From Candidatus Aenigmatarchaeota archaeon (GTDB taxonomy: Archaea > Aenigmatarchaeota > Aenigmatarchaeia > GW2011-AR5): 57,956 bases of DNA. The notes under the pieces were generated by a model. That model did no database searches, was not told the origin of the DNA, and was given only the letters and a program-made list of their open reading frames with translations. Shown in pieces: positions 43,006 through 52,361 of the stretch. Both the position numbers and the translations under genes were made by a program. Where the stretch lies: positions 21,434-79,389 of the forward strand of contig JAGVVY010000030.1 in the NCBI GenBank assembly GCA_018304585.1, given 5' to 3'. The first letter of the stretch is position 1. Every line of letters begins with the position of its first letter.

Positions 43006-44244
43006 TTACTTGCTTACCCAGCCGCTCGAGCCGCTGCAGATGTAAAGCATGTCCGAAGACGGGTTGAACTTCATCCTGCCTTGTTCCGCTTCCTCATTGC
43101 AGTCGTCCGAAGGCGGCGGGCCTAACGCAGTGTCGATCTGCAGGTAGCCCTTTATCTGGGCATCGCTTGCGGGATTTGGCGTCCCTACGCCAAGCTTGCC
43201 GTTCACATAGAATATCCCGGGCTGCCACGCCCCATACGTCCTGTGTATCGCAAACTCCGCAGCGCGGCGGTCTTCTTTGGATAAGGGCACGGTTTTGCCG
43301 AAAAATCCAATTATTATGCCAAGATCGTCATAAGTGACTTTGCCGTCGCCGTCAATGTCGGCTTCCGCGTACTGTGAGTCATTCAAATACAATAAAGACG
43401 TGTCCGTGGCGGCCAAATATGCGGTTAGGCGGTTTATATCAAGCACATTCACGAAGGCGTTGCCGTCCAAGTCGCCGCTTCCGCCCTGCGTGAGAATGGA
43501 GCCTGCGATGCTCAGGGCCGCAGGCGGTGCAGTGTCGCGCACCCCGACGTTTCCGTCAGCGGCGATGCGCATAATCTCGCCTGCCTTGCTGCCGAGAGCC
43601 AATTCATCCGAAGACAGGATAAGAAGGCCCGCGTTGGGGAAGGCTTTGATTATTGACCGGAGTTTTCCGGAGCCGTCGGAAAACTGGATCGTTTCCTGTG
43701 CAATCAGCGCGATGCTGGGTGTGACAAAGGATATTCCGTTTGGATTTATCAATGCGCCTGTGTCTCCGGCGGCAACGTGTAATTTGGCGGCGGGATCGGC
43801 TGTTCCGATGCCCAATTTGCCGTCATTGGTGATCACGGCCAGGTCATTTCCTGCCATATCCAGAAAACGTATCATCTGCGATGCGTCGGCGGCCATGCCC
43901 GTTATCAATGACTTGCCCATCAAAAAGATGGACGGCTCCGGCGGGGATGCGATAGGAGCGGGAGAGCCTCCCTCTCCTCCCGAGTAGCCTCCGGGCGGTT
44001 GCACTGGGCGTGACGGCGGCGCGAGGGTAGTGGTCGTTGCTGAATCATCGTCCGGCGATCCTGCGCCCCCATGAGGCAGCGGAGGGAGCTGTTCCGGGAG
44101 AGGTGTGGCGTTTTCCTGCGGGGGAATGGTGACAGCTTCCTTTGAAAAATTTGAAAAAAATACGTATTGCAATACGAGTGCAGAAACGACCACAAGTATT
44201 ATTGCTATGCCAAGAAGCGGTGTAAGTTGTCCAGAATAACGCAT
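43006..44244 (-). CDS. N-terminally anchored surface protein with Pro-rich stalk and dockerin-like Ca-binding repeat pair
   Basis: TM segment LLGIAIILVVVSALVL; PPLPHGGAGSPDDD...; repeats DGKLGIGTADPAAKLHV and NGKLGVGTPNPAS; GDLDGNAFVNVLDINRLTAYLA and ADIDGDGKVTYDDLGIIIGFF (43318..43485). Confidence 0.7.
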   Translation of the reverse strand: MRYSGQLTPLLGIAIILVVVSALVLQYVFFSNFSKEAVTIPPQENATPLPEQLPPLPHGGAGSPDDDSATTTTLAPPSRPVQPPGGYSGGEGGSPAPIASPPEPSIFLMGKSLITGMAADASQMIRFLDMAGNDLAVITNDGKLGIGTADPAAKLHVAAGDTGALINPNGISFVTPSIALIAQETIQFSDGSGKLRSIIKAFPNAGLLILSSDELALGSKAGEIMRIAADGNVGVRDTAPPAALSIAGSILTQGGSGDLDGNAFVNVLDINRLTAYLAATDTSLLYLNDSQYAEADIDGDGKVTYDDLGIIIGFFGKTVPLSKEDRRAAEFAIHRTYGAWQPGIFYVNGKLGVGTPNPASDAQIKGYLQIDTALGPPPSDDCNEEAEQGRMKFNPSSDMLYICSGSSGWVSK

Positions 44245-44511
44245 TATTTATATATTGAGGGCTTTCTTATAAAGCTAATGCATCTTGGGGAGCTTTGTTT
44301 AATAAATGGTTTTCTCGCACAAGATGTTGCGTTTTGATAAACCTATGGCACAGCCTGTTGTGGCTGTAAGGGATTATTTGAAGTGCCCTGCTATGCGATA
44401 AACAGGCTGGCTGTATGAACGAGTTTCGCACCGCAAGGCAATATGTTATCATCAACCGCCGCGCTCTACTGCACGTCTCGAAGAAGTAAATCTTAACAAC
44501 TTAAGAAATTG

Positions 44512-45051
44512 TCAGACAGAGGCGCTCTTTCCGCAGCCGCAGGTCGCCTTGGCATTCGGGTTGTTCACTTTAAAGCCAGAAGCCTGAAGGCTTTCAATAT
44601 AATCTATCGTAGAGCCGTCGACTTTTCCGGCTTCCTTTTTGTTCATGTATATCTTTATGCCTTTGTCTTCGGCTATGACGTCGCCTTCCTTGGGCACGTC
44701 GAATTCCATGGTATAGCTATAGCCTGCGCAGCCGCCGGGTCGCACGCCAAAGCGCAGGCCCTGCCCGGGCTTGGATTCTATTCCAAGTTCCTTCATCTTC
44801 TTCGCTGCGACGTCAGTAAGCGATACAGATGCCCTATCAGAATCATTGTCATCCTGCTTCAGATCATTTAGTTTTTTCAGAAGCAGATTCGTCTCAACAC
44901 CCTGCATTTTCGCCGCAGTTTCTATCGTATCTGACATATCGGCGCCGCAGCCGAGCTTCATGTCAAAGGATCTGAGAACTTCGACAGCGCCCGGATATTT
45001 CTCAAGGACTTCCCCGAGCGGCATTGCGCCATTTATAGCCATAAGAATCAC
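44512..45051 (-). CDS. DUF1858-like domain fused to an IscA/HesB-type Fe-S assembly protein
   Basis: N-terminus PLGEVLEKYPGAVEVLRSFDM..GCG; C-terminus LRFGVRPGGCAGYSY...FKVNNPNAKATCGCGKS. Confidence 0.8.
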   Translation of the reverse strand: MILMAINGAMPLGEVLEKYPGAVEVLRSFDMKLGCGADMSDTIETAAKMQGVETNLLLKKLNDLKQDDNDSDRASVSLTDVAAKKMKELGIESKPGQGLRFGVRPGGCAGYSYTMEFDVPKEGDVIAEDKGIKIYMNKKEAGKVDGSTIDYIESLQASGFKVNNPNAKATCGCGKSASV

Positions 45052-45052
45052 T

Positions 45053-45304
45053 TTAGATTATCTTCTTGCCCGTTTCCTTGTCTATTATGTGTATGATATT
45101 TGCCGGGCAGCCCTCTGCAGCCTGCTTGTTGCAGTCAAGGTCGGCCTCGTCTATCTCCAGCACGTGAAGCTCGCCTTCCTTGTGCGAGCCGACAAGGTCG
45201 GCCTTGCCGTCATCCGCCATGACCCAGTGCTTGTCGGCGAGTGCCGCGCAGACGCCTGCGCCTATGCATCCGGATCTCTGGTATTCTATTCGGTATTTGC
45301 CCAT
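45053..45304 (-). CDS. Small ferredoxin (single-cluster type)
   Basis: MGKYRIEYQRSGCIGAGVCAAL...CNKQAAEGCPANIIHI. Start chosen at the internal ATG. Confidence 0.7.
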   Translation of the reverse strand: MGKYRIEYQRSGCIGAGVCAALADKHWVMADDGKADLVGSHKEGELHVLEIDEADLDCNKQAAEGCPANIIHIIDKETGKKII

Positions 45305-45539
45305 AATTATCTCATCATGATTAAATTCAAAGTTTAAAAATCTACTGTTTTCAGACAGTATATCTGCATATAGGCGGCTATTAATCATCTGTATTTTTCT
45401 TGCGCATTTTCGGATAAATTTTGTCCCAGACCATCCTAAAGTCTTTTTCTAATAATTCAAGCGCTTTCGTATGGGTTTCATCTCTCATGCAATAAAAATC
45501 ATCTTACAGTTATTTAAACGGCAAGGGGAAAATTACATT

Positions 45540-46535
45540 ATGGGCATACAGCTAACGCCCCTGGCAAAAGGAAGGCGGATAGAAATAAGCGAGCTTTCGG
45601 GAAGGATCATTGCAGTTGATGCCCTGAACTGGATTTATCAATTCCTGTCAATAATACGGCAAAGAGATGGACAGCCATTGATGGATTCTTCCGGCAATAT
45701 TACTTCCCATCTCTCAGGGATATTTTACCGCTCCCTGAATCTTATGGAAGCCGGAGTAAAGCTTGTCTATGTTTTTGACGGCAAACCACCTAAATTGAAG
45801 GAAAAAACCGCAGAACTGCGTCGGGAAGCAAGAAAAGAAGCTGCTGAGAAATGGCAAGCTGCAAGGGAACGCGGAGATGACGAAGAAGCAAAAAAGTACG
45901 CAATGCGTTCTTCAGTCATAACGAATCAGATGCTTGAGGAATCTCGTTTGCTGCTTGACGCTATGGGAATTCCTTGGATAATCGCTCCTTCTGAAGGTGA
46001 AGCTCTTTGTTCTGTCATGGTTGCCAAGGGTGATGCATATGCCGCGGCAACGCAGGACTATGATGCTTTCCTTTTCGGGTGCTCGCGGGTCGTAAGGAAC
46101 CTCTCGATCTCAAACAATAAGCGCAACATATTTCCGGAGATGCTGACGGTCAAGGACTTGACAGAATCACTGGGCATAACGCGGGAGCAACTTATCTTAT
46201 TAGGCATCCTTGTTGGGACAGACTATAACCCAGGGGGAATTAACGGCATAGGCCCGAAGAAGGCATTGGCGCTAGTGAAAAAACATCCGACACTCAATGA
46301 GATTCTTCCTAACATCCAATGGCCGTTTGAAGTACCTATGCAGGAAATATTTGACTTCTTCTACACGCCCATAGAAGCCGCTTACGAGATAAAATTCAAG
46401 CCCCTTGACACTGAAAACGTCAAAGAGATACTGTGTAACCGGCATGAGTTTTCTATTGAACGCATAGAGAGCGGTCTTGCAAGAATCCAGGAAACAAAGG
46501 CCGCCGGCCAGAAATCATTGAATAAGTGGTTTTAG
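45540..46535 (+). CDS. fen: Flap endonuclease 1
   Basis: MGIQLTPL....I....L.G..IAVDALNWIYQFLS.IRQ.DG.PL.D..G..TSHL.G.FYR..NL.E.G.K.VYVFDG.PP.LK; GEAEA-like SEGEALC; H3TH motif GTDYNPGGI.GIGPKKAL. Confidence 0.95.
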   Translation: MGIQLTPLAKGRRIEISELSGRIIAVDALNWIYQFLSIIRQRDGQPLMDSSGNITSHLSGIFYRSLNLMEAGVKLVYVFDGKPPKLKEKTAELRREARKEAAEKWQAARERGDDEEAKKYAMRSSVITNQMLEESRLLLDAMGIPWIIAPSEGEALCSVMVAKGDAYAAATQDYDAFLFGCSRVVRNLSISNNKRNIFPEMLTVKDLTESLGITREQLILLGILVGTDYNPGGINGIGPKKALALVKKHPTLNEILPNIQWPFEVPMQEIFDFFYTPIEAAYEIKFKPLDTENVKEILCNRHEFSIERIESGLARIQETKAAGQKSLNKWF

Positions 46536-46559
46536 ATAATTGATACAAATATATATGAG

Positions 46560-46883
46560 TTAGCAACCGCATCTAGCTAGGCACTGTTTAGAAAATTCCG
46601 GACCTTCTGCGATTCCAGAAATAGTGCAAAGTTCTCCAAGCGTAACAGGAGCTGGCTCCTCCTCTCCTGCTTTTGTATATGTGACTCGCGCACTGACTAG
46701 AGAAACTTCCGCGCAATTATAAGTTGTTCTTGCAATATCACAGGCGTTTGCTATCGCAGTGCTAAGGGGTATCTGGCTAGTGGGCTGAAAACCACCTACG
46801 AAAAAGCCCGCGATGACCATCATTACAAGGACAGCTATCGCAACGACGACAATAGTGTTTATCGGCAGTGAAACGCCCTTCAT
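46560..46883 (-). CDS. Pilin-like protein P1 (class III signal-peptide-like N-terminus, Cys-rich)
   Basis: MKG|VSLPINTIVVVAIAVLVMMVIAGFFVGGF...; 6 Cys; ends QCLARCGC. Confidence 0.7.
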   Translation of the reverse strand: MKGVSLPINTIVVVAIAVLVMMVIAGFFVGGFQPTSQIPLSTAIANACDIARTTYNCAEVSLVSARVTYTKAGEEEPAPVTLGELCTISGIAEGPEFSKQCLARCGC

Positions 46884-46916
46884 GTTTTCATATTGGGGCT
46901 GGGATTATATAAAGAT

Positions 46917-47303
46917 TCATTCTTCAGCAGAAGGCGGGCAGAATGCAGCGCAACATATTCGGGCGCAAGCCGCGTCGAGTTCTGTCGAGCCGGCACATTC
47001 CGAAACGCTTGCAGTCCGGCAAGCCGAGACCAGCGCCCTTCCTTTTTCTATCTGGGCGGCGGTTGCCTCAGCAGCGCCGTCGCCGGCCGGCACCGTGAAG
47101 AATTCGCTGTTTTGTTCTTCCTTGCATTGCGTCTTGGCCGCGTATTCGCCGCACACGCTTGCTATCGTCTGCCGCGCCTTTAGCTCCTCAGTCGCGGGAG
47201 TGAAAGAGCCGAAGAAAAACAGCAGCACCGCCACAAGGACAATGATGGACAGTATGACTATAACAATCGTTTCTACCGGCAGTGCCGAACCTTTCATTTT
47301 CAT
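46917..47303 (-). CDS. Pilin-like protein P2
   Basis: MKMKG|SALPVETIVIVILSIIVLVAVLLFFFGSF...; 8 Cys; ends CARICCAAFCPPSAEE. Confidence 0.7.
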   Translation of the reverse strand: MKMKGSALPVETIVIVILSIIVLVAVLLFFFGSFTPATEELKARQTIASVCGEYAAKTQCKEEQNSEFFTVPAGDGAAEATAAQIEKGRALVSACRTASVSECAGSTELDAACARICCAAFCPPSAEE

Positions 47304-47329
47304 AATTGATACCTAAGCTATATATTCCT

Positions 47330-48472
47330 TCATGCGCCGCCCTGACATTCGTATCCTATCCGCGTGGCGGTGCATTCGGGGTTGGCGCATATTTCAATCT
47401 CTGCCCATGTCCCGCCGAATGCCTGGCAGCAAGTCTGGCTGCCCTCCTTTTCCGGGCGGTCGCAGAAATACGAGCCGGTGCAGGCATAGTTGCCATAAAC
47501 TCCGCCGCTTACCGTGTTTTCCCCTATGCCCGTCAAGGGCGTGCCGCACGTGAATATTTGCCCGCCAGAGCATACGGTGTCGCCGAAGCGGGCTATGTTA
47601 TATCGCCCTGCCCGCGATGCGCAATTGAGCGCAGTTGCTGCGCCTGCGGATCTTACGGGAAGCGTGAAGTGCGCTTCCACGAACCGTGTATCGTCAAAAT
47701 GCCGGTTGAGGCTGCTTTTATCCGTTGCGACAGAATCGACGGCATAACGAAGATCGATGCCTTTCTTTCCTTCCGATGCTTCTATTGACGTAGAGATGCT
47801 TTCTACGTTTGCATCGACGTTTCCGCCGGACAGCCTTGCAACTGCTGAAATTATCCTGTTGCGCACGTCATCTTCGTAGGCTATTGAACTCATATCGGAT
47901 GTTGAATATTGGCGCGCTGTGACTGTTTCGGTTATTGTGCGCTCAATGGCATTGCCCTTCTCTATCATGAGCGGGAGAAGCACGGCGACTGAATACTCCC
48001 TCAAGAAAGATGCCCGTGCGCTTGACTCAAAGAAATTTATTCCTATCTTGCCTTTAGCACGGAGATTGACTCTGTTATCTAGTATCTCAAACTCCGGATC
48101 TATCCCGTTTAAGTTGAGAACAATCCTGTTTATGTCAAGGCTCCTGTCAGGAAGCAGGCTCCTGGCATTCTGCGACAGGCGTTCTTGCGCGAATTCCTTC
48201 GTGATGCCGGACTTCCAGTCCCAGCCTGAGGATTCCTTGGCAAGCAAGAACACGGATTCAGGGGCGGCGATTTTCCAGAACGTATCAAGGCTTCTGTTTG
48301 CGGCCCAGTAGGCGTTGTTTACGGTGTAAAGCTTTGCTTCTTCCTGCGCCATGAATATCTGCCGCCCGGTGGACGTTAATATGAACACTACAAGTATTAC
48401 GGAAAATCCAACGACCATGATGGTCATGAACAGGGACTGTATCATCCCTCCCTGGCCTTTCAGTTCAGTCAC
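47330..48472 (-). CDS. N-terminally anchored Cys-rich protein P3 (380 aa)
   Basis: GTG start overlapping the P4 stop (GTGACTGA). MTELKG|QGGMIQSLFMTIMVVGFSVILVVFIL. C-terminal Cys cluster including TCCQAFGG. Confidence 0.7.
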   Translation of the reverse strand: MTELKGQGGMIQSLFMTIMVVGFSVILVVFILTSTGRQIFMAQEEAKLYTVNNAYWAANRSLDTFWKIAAPESVFLLAKESSGWDWKSGITKEFAQERLSQNARSLLPDRSLDINRIVLNLNGIDPEFEILDNRVNLRAKGKIGINFFESSARASFLREYSVAVLLPLMIEKGNAIERTITETVTARQYSTSDMSSIAYEDDVRNRIISAVARLSGGNVDANVESISTSIEASEGKKGIDLRYAVDSVATDKSSLNRHFDDTRFVEAHFTLPVRSAGAATALNCASRAGRYNIARFGDTVCSGGQIFTCGTPLTGIGENTVSGGVYGNYACTGSYFCDRPEKEGSQTCCQAFGGTWAEIEICANPECTATRIGYECQGGA

Positions 48473-49328
48473 TGGTCGTCACCTTTACATAACCCGTCCT
48501 GTCCTTGTAGAACATCGGTATCTTGGCCTCGGCAATCTTGCCCTGAATCTCCAGCACTTCAGGATCGATGGAACAGCAATAAGGGGCCTTGCCGTTGTTC
48601 GCAAGCTTGCATGCGTCTTCATACTCAGGCAACCGTATCGTGCTTCCGCATCCTCCGCCGGAACATATGCCCTTTTCAAGCGGGCCGCATTTTACAACCC
48701 CGATTCTTTCCTTTTCAGGGCGGTCATATTTTACATCAAGCCACTTGTTGTAATCTTCTTCGCTCGCAGCGGTGCAGCAGACCTTCCGCGCTTCTGCAAA
48801 GGAACGGCTGCAGGAGTTCGAGCCGCCTTCTATCTCCACCTTGCCGGCATTGCAACTTCCCATAAGAACGCCGCCGCTGAACCCGCCGGAAACTTCCTGA
48901 ACGCAAACGCCCTGCAGGCCGCTGCCGCATTTCTGAAGGCTGCCGGACTGAAGGATCGGCATATCTTCCCCGTCGGTCTCAAGGCTTATCTCATAATAGT
49001 TCAGGTCATATTCTCCCAGGAATCTTGACATCTCTATTCCGAGCCTTTCTTTCTTTGCAGGATCCATCCCCCCCCGAATGAAAGCCTCGTACATATGGGT
49101 CATTATAGGTTTCCCTTCAACCGTGGCGTTCGTAAGTATGCTCGCAACCGTGTAAGGCGTGTTTATCACGTCCAGATAATTTACTGCGTATACTGCCTGG
49201 CCCGGATTCAGCGGGCAGAACGGCAATTCAACGCATATGAGCATGAACAACAGAACTATGAGAGATATCACTATAGCTATAATCAAGATTTTCGTCCCAA
49301 GAACGCTGTCTATGAATCCTTTCTGCAT
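48465..49328 (-). CDS. N-terminally anchored Cys-rich protein P4 (287 aa)
   Basis: MQKG|FIDSVLGTKILIIAIVISLIVLLFML; multiple Cys pairs (KVCCTAAS, PYCCSID). Confidence 0.7.
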   Translation of the reverse strand: MQKGFIDSVLGTKILIIAIVISLIVLLFMLICVELPFCPLNPGQAVYAVNYLDVINTPYTVASILTNATVEGKPIMTHMYEAFIRGGMDPAKKERLGIEMSRFLGEYDLNYYEISLETDGEDMPILQSGSLQKCGSGLQGVCVQEVSGGFSGGVLMGSCNAGKVEIEGGSNSCSRSFAEARKVCCTAASEEDYNKWLDVKYDRPEKERIGVVKCGPLEKGICSGGGCGSTIRLPEYEDACKLANNGKAPYCCSIDPEVLEIQGKIAEAKIPMFYKDRTGYVKVTTSD

Positions 49329-49329
49329 T

Positions 49330-50253
49330 TTACAGCCCCTTGTCTATGCAAAGATAAATTTGCCCGATCTCTTCGCGGGTTTCTGCGACCTTGCTCTCGT
49401 AATCGCCGCACTCGGCGTTGTCAGCTTCAAGCGTTTCTCCTTTCCGCAGGGGCACGGCCTTGAGCGCGAACTGCGGCGATGCATACGTCACTATGTGAGC
49501 GTCAAGCGAATAGTAAAAGTCGTCAGGAAGCCTGAATGAATCAAACGGCAGCGCATCGTCAATGGTGCGGCATCCCCGCGTTTCCTCCCTGCCGTCTTCT
49601 GCTTTAATGTAGCAAAGCTGGCCGGATTCTTTTTTCAAATATAAATTGCAATATTCGCCTCTTATCCGTGAGCCCGCAAGTCCCGGCACGGCGGTTTCTT
49701 GGGTCTCTACGCACGCAATCGAAGTAGCCAGCGTTTGCGCCTGGCCCGTTGCATAAGCTTCTGCAAGCATGCACGATACATCCGTGAGCCATGTTCTATA
49801 GACCTTTATAGTGAGCTTTGCAGGGCCCGTATATTCGCCGCGCCTGACTGCAACTGCAAATTCTTTTTCGGCATCGTTCGAGTATTCTTTGCTTACATCC
49901 GACGGTTCAAACCCAAATTCCCATGCGTTTCCTCCGTCGGCATTTTTTATTTTGGGATCAAGGCTTTCTATTTTCATGTGATATGCCATGCTGCAGTGGC
50001 GGCCTATAGGCTCTTGCAGCGGACTTGCCATATATTCATCGAGTTTTTCGGCGAGGAATATCCCCCTCTGCTCGGTAGCGGGACCGGATAGCAGCGTGTT
50101 TCCTATCTCACGCGAGGCCTTCTGCGTGAAATCGAGTCCTGTAGTCGTGTACACGTTGGTCATAAACAGTACCATAGCTACTATGAAAATGCCGAATGCT
50201 ACCATACGAATGACTGCAAGAATCTCATCGGGAACTGGAAATTCTTCTGACAA
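49330..50253 (-). CDS. N-terminally anchored protein P5 (307 aa)
   Basis: TTG start at 50253 or ATG at 50205. Single TM MVAFGIFIVAMVLFM. Confidence 0.65.
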   Translation of the reverse strand: MSEEFPVPDEILAVIRMVAFGIFIVAMVLFMTNVYTTTGLDFTQKASREIGNTLLSGPATEQRGIFLAEKLDEYMASPLQEPIGRHCSMAYHMKIESLDPKIKNADGGNAWEFGFEPSDVSKEYSNDAEKEFAVAVRRGEYTGPAKLTIKVYRTWLTDVSCMLAEAYATGQAQTLATSIACVETQETAVPGLAGSRIRGEYCNLYLKKESGQLCYIKAEDGREETRGCRTIDDALPFDSFRLPDDFYYSLDAHIVTYASPQFALKAVPLRKGETLEADNAECGDYESKVAETREEIGQIYLCIDKGL

Positions 50254-50257
50254 ATTA

Positions 50258-50644
50258 TCAGCCTCTCACAATTATTATGTTTTCATTTCTTTCAAATACA
50301 ATTTGGTCGTGCTCGGAGCAGTCAAATCTTGCAGGCACGACGGCGGCTGCATACTGTATCGTTCCGACAGACGCCTTGGCTTCTTTTTCTCCGGGACTAA
50401 GCGTCATAGTTACGCGGTCGCCCAAGGTAAGGATGCATTCCTTGTCCGGAAGCTCATACGAATGGCTCGTGCCCGGAGGCGATTGCTGCATTATGTTAAT
50501 AATTCCGGATATTTCCGAGGCGTATCTTTCCGCAGAGAGCTGCCCTGCCTGGGCCGCGCCCTGATATAGCGGGCTGTATGCCGCGATTATGACTATGGCG
50601 GTCACCAGAAGCAGGATAGTAAAGAACATCATCATGCCTTTCAT
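50258..50644 (-). CDS. Pilin-like protein P6 (128 aa)
   Basis: MKG|MMMFFTILLLVTAIVIIAAYSPLY. Confidence 0.65.
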   Translation of the reverse strand: MKGMMMFFTILLLVTAIVIIAAYSPLYQGAAQAGQLSAERYASEISGIINIMQQSPPGTSHSYELPDKECILTLGDRVTMTLSPGEKEAKASVGTIQYAAAVVPARFDCSEHDQIVFERNENIIIVRG

Positions 50645-50675
50645 GACGATACTTGTCCTGATGCTCTAATATCCT

Positions 50676-52034
50676 TTAGCGCGGGGCGCTCCACGGCCAC
50701 TGCCATGTCACGCCGCCCGCTTTGCCCCTGATCCTGTCCCATATCGCGGCGATCTCCGAGGGCTTGACCGTCGGTACCGTGTAAATGAAAATGTTCTTCT
50801 CGACAGCTATTACATTGTCCTTGACAGGCGTTGGGCGGTCGTTTATCGCGGGGGTTTCCGGTATAAAGCCGAAGGGAGGGTTGTATGTGTAGCAGCCCCC
50901 GTTCTGCCTCTCCTGTGTTTCCACGATGACGCAACTGGGGGGCTTTTCATTCGCCGCCTCATCAGCGGCTTTTTCGCGCTTCATGCCGTCCATGCATATA
51001 TAACTATAATCGGAATTTTCCTGCGACCTGTAGAACTTCTCGCCGTCATATGAATAAAGCGGGTATTTTGCATATTTGTCGCAAGTGCATTCCCCCACGC
51101 GCACCGTTATCTTGTCTATCTGGCAGGGGCTGTTCAGGTAAAAATTGCTTTGGTCCTTGTCATCAAGCGCATATATGTCCGCCGGAAGAACGGGCAGTAC
51201 CAATCCTGCAGGGCTTGGGGTTATGATGCCTTTAATTGCATCATAAAGGCTGACGGCTTTGGCATTCAGTTCTATGTGCGCAGGAGCCGCGACTTCGGGA
51301 TCGCCGGTTGCCGCTGCACAATTCTTGAGAGGCAGCGTGTACACGGCCGCAGGCGTCTTTACGCAAAGCGAACCTGCGCCGCATGCCATATATTTGACCA
51401 GCGTCTTGTTGAAATCCGACGGGCTGTAGCTCAGAACGAATGTTCCGTCAGGATTGCGTTTTCCTGCGCCTGCGTTCTGCCTGATGCCGCCCGTTCTTGC
51501 AGGTTCCATGCTCAAAAGGTCCGTTGATTCGGGAAGTATTATGTTATTCACGGCTATTTCGTAATTTTCTATGCCGAGTTCCTGAAGCTTCGGGAGGGCT
51601 TTCGCGCGGACGTCTTCCTTGAATTGGAGAAACTGCTCGCGCGTGAATGCGTCTCCGTAATCTATCTGTGCGAATACGATTGCCTGAGGCAAACCGTCGT
51701 GCAGATACGTCTCCCAGCTCACCGCTTCGCCGATCGGGAATGCCTCGTAATATAAAAGGTACTCCGGATCGGCGTCCATCTTTATCTTTGCGGCGGCCTG
51801 CAGGGCATACGTCGTGCTTCCCTGCGGCATCCCGAATTTGGCAACTTCGACTTCCTTTCCCGGCCCGATAAAGCAGGCTTCCTCTATGGCGCTTCTGAGC
51901 TTTTCCGTGTTTGCAAACGATATCTGTTCATACGGTTTGAGGTCGGCAAACAATACTACAATGAATATTATGACTATTATAGCTACAAAGAGGCTTGTCA
52001 TCGTGTTAAGTACAAGGACCGTGGTCTCGCTCAT
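50676..52034 (-). CDS. N-terminally anchored protein P7 (452 aa)
   Basis: MSETTVLVLNTMTSLFVAIIVIIFIVVLFADL plus a large ectodomain with scattered Cys. Confidence 0.7.
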   Translation of the reverse strand: MSETTVLVLNTMTSLFVAIIVIIFIVVLFADLKPYEQISFANTEKLRSAIEEACFIGPGKEVEVAKFGMPQGSTTYALQAAAKIKMDADPEYLLYYEAFPIGEAVSWETYLHDGLPQAIVFAQIDYGDAFTREQFLQFKEDVRAKALPKLQELGIENYEIAVNNIILPESTDLLSMEPARTGGIRQNAGAGKRNPDGTFVLSYSPSDFNKTLVKYMACGAGSLCVKTPAAVYTLPLKNCAAATGDPEVAAPAHIELNAKAVSLYDAIKGIITPSPAGLVLPVLPADIYALDDKDQSNFYLNSPCQIDKITVRVGECTCDKYAKYPLYSYDGEKFYRSQENSDYSYICMDGMKREKAADEAANEKPPSCVIVETQERQNGGCYTYNPPFGFIPETPAINDRPTPVKDNVIAVEKNIFIYTVPTVKPSEIAAIWDRIRGKAGGVTWQWPWSAPR

Positions 52035-52153
52035 GGAAGATACCCCTTGATGATGCTCCAGAGATCTATATTGGCATTTGAAATGTAAGCCAGAAGCACT
52101 GCCAGAAGTATCAGCATTGCGGCCATTGAAACAGCAATTTCGACAGGTTTCAT
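52031..52153 (-). CDS. 40-aa single-TM micro-protein P8
   Basis: Hand-translated as MKPVEIAVSMAAMLILLAVLLAYISNANIDLWSIIKGYLP*. ATGA overlap with the P7 start. Confidence 0.5.
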   Translation of the reverse strand: MKPVEIAVSMAAMLILLAVLLAYISNANIDLWSIIKGYLP

Positions 52154-52154
52154 T

Positions 52155-52307
52155 TTATCTGCCTATAATTCTGAATAAGCTTGTTATCTTATCGGTAAGG
52201 AAATCCGAGTTGGGAAGGAATATGCTCATGGCCAGGCCCATCACCAATGCGATTATAAGCATAGACCAACCGGCCCTTACCAATGTTTCTATGTTCAGGG
52301 ATAGCAT
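52155..52307 (-). CDS. 50-aa single-TM micro-protein P9
   Basis: MLSLNIETLVRAGWSMLIIALVMGLAMSIFLPNSDFLTDKITSLFRIIGR*. Its stop lies 1 nt before the P8 ATG. Same frame as P10. Confidence 0.45.
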   Translation of the reverse strand: MLSLNIETLVRAGWSMLIIALVMGLAMSIFLPNSDFLTDKITSLFRIIGR

Positions 52308-52361
52308 ACTCTCGCTGAATATTATGGCAATGGCGGCATTTATGCTTTCTTTGCCTGCGTT

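Noticed and set aside
44245-44511. A 31-aa ORF (MVFSHKMLRFDKPMAQPVVAVRDYLKCPAMR) in the spacer upstream of the dockerin-like protein gene.
   Set aside because: It is too short, has no motif, and has no coupling to neighbouring genes. The region more plausibly holds the promoter (tttataag / atatataaata just upstream of the ATG at 44244).
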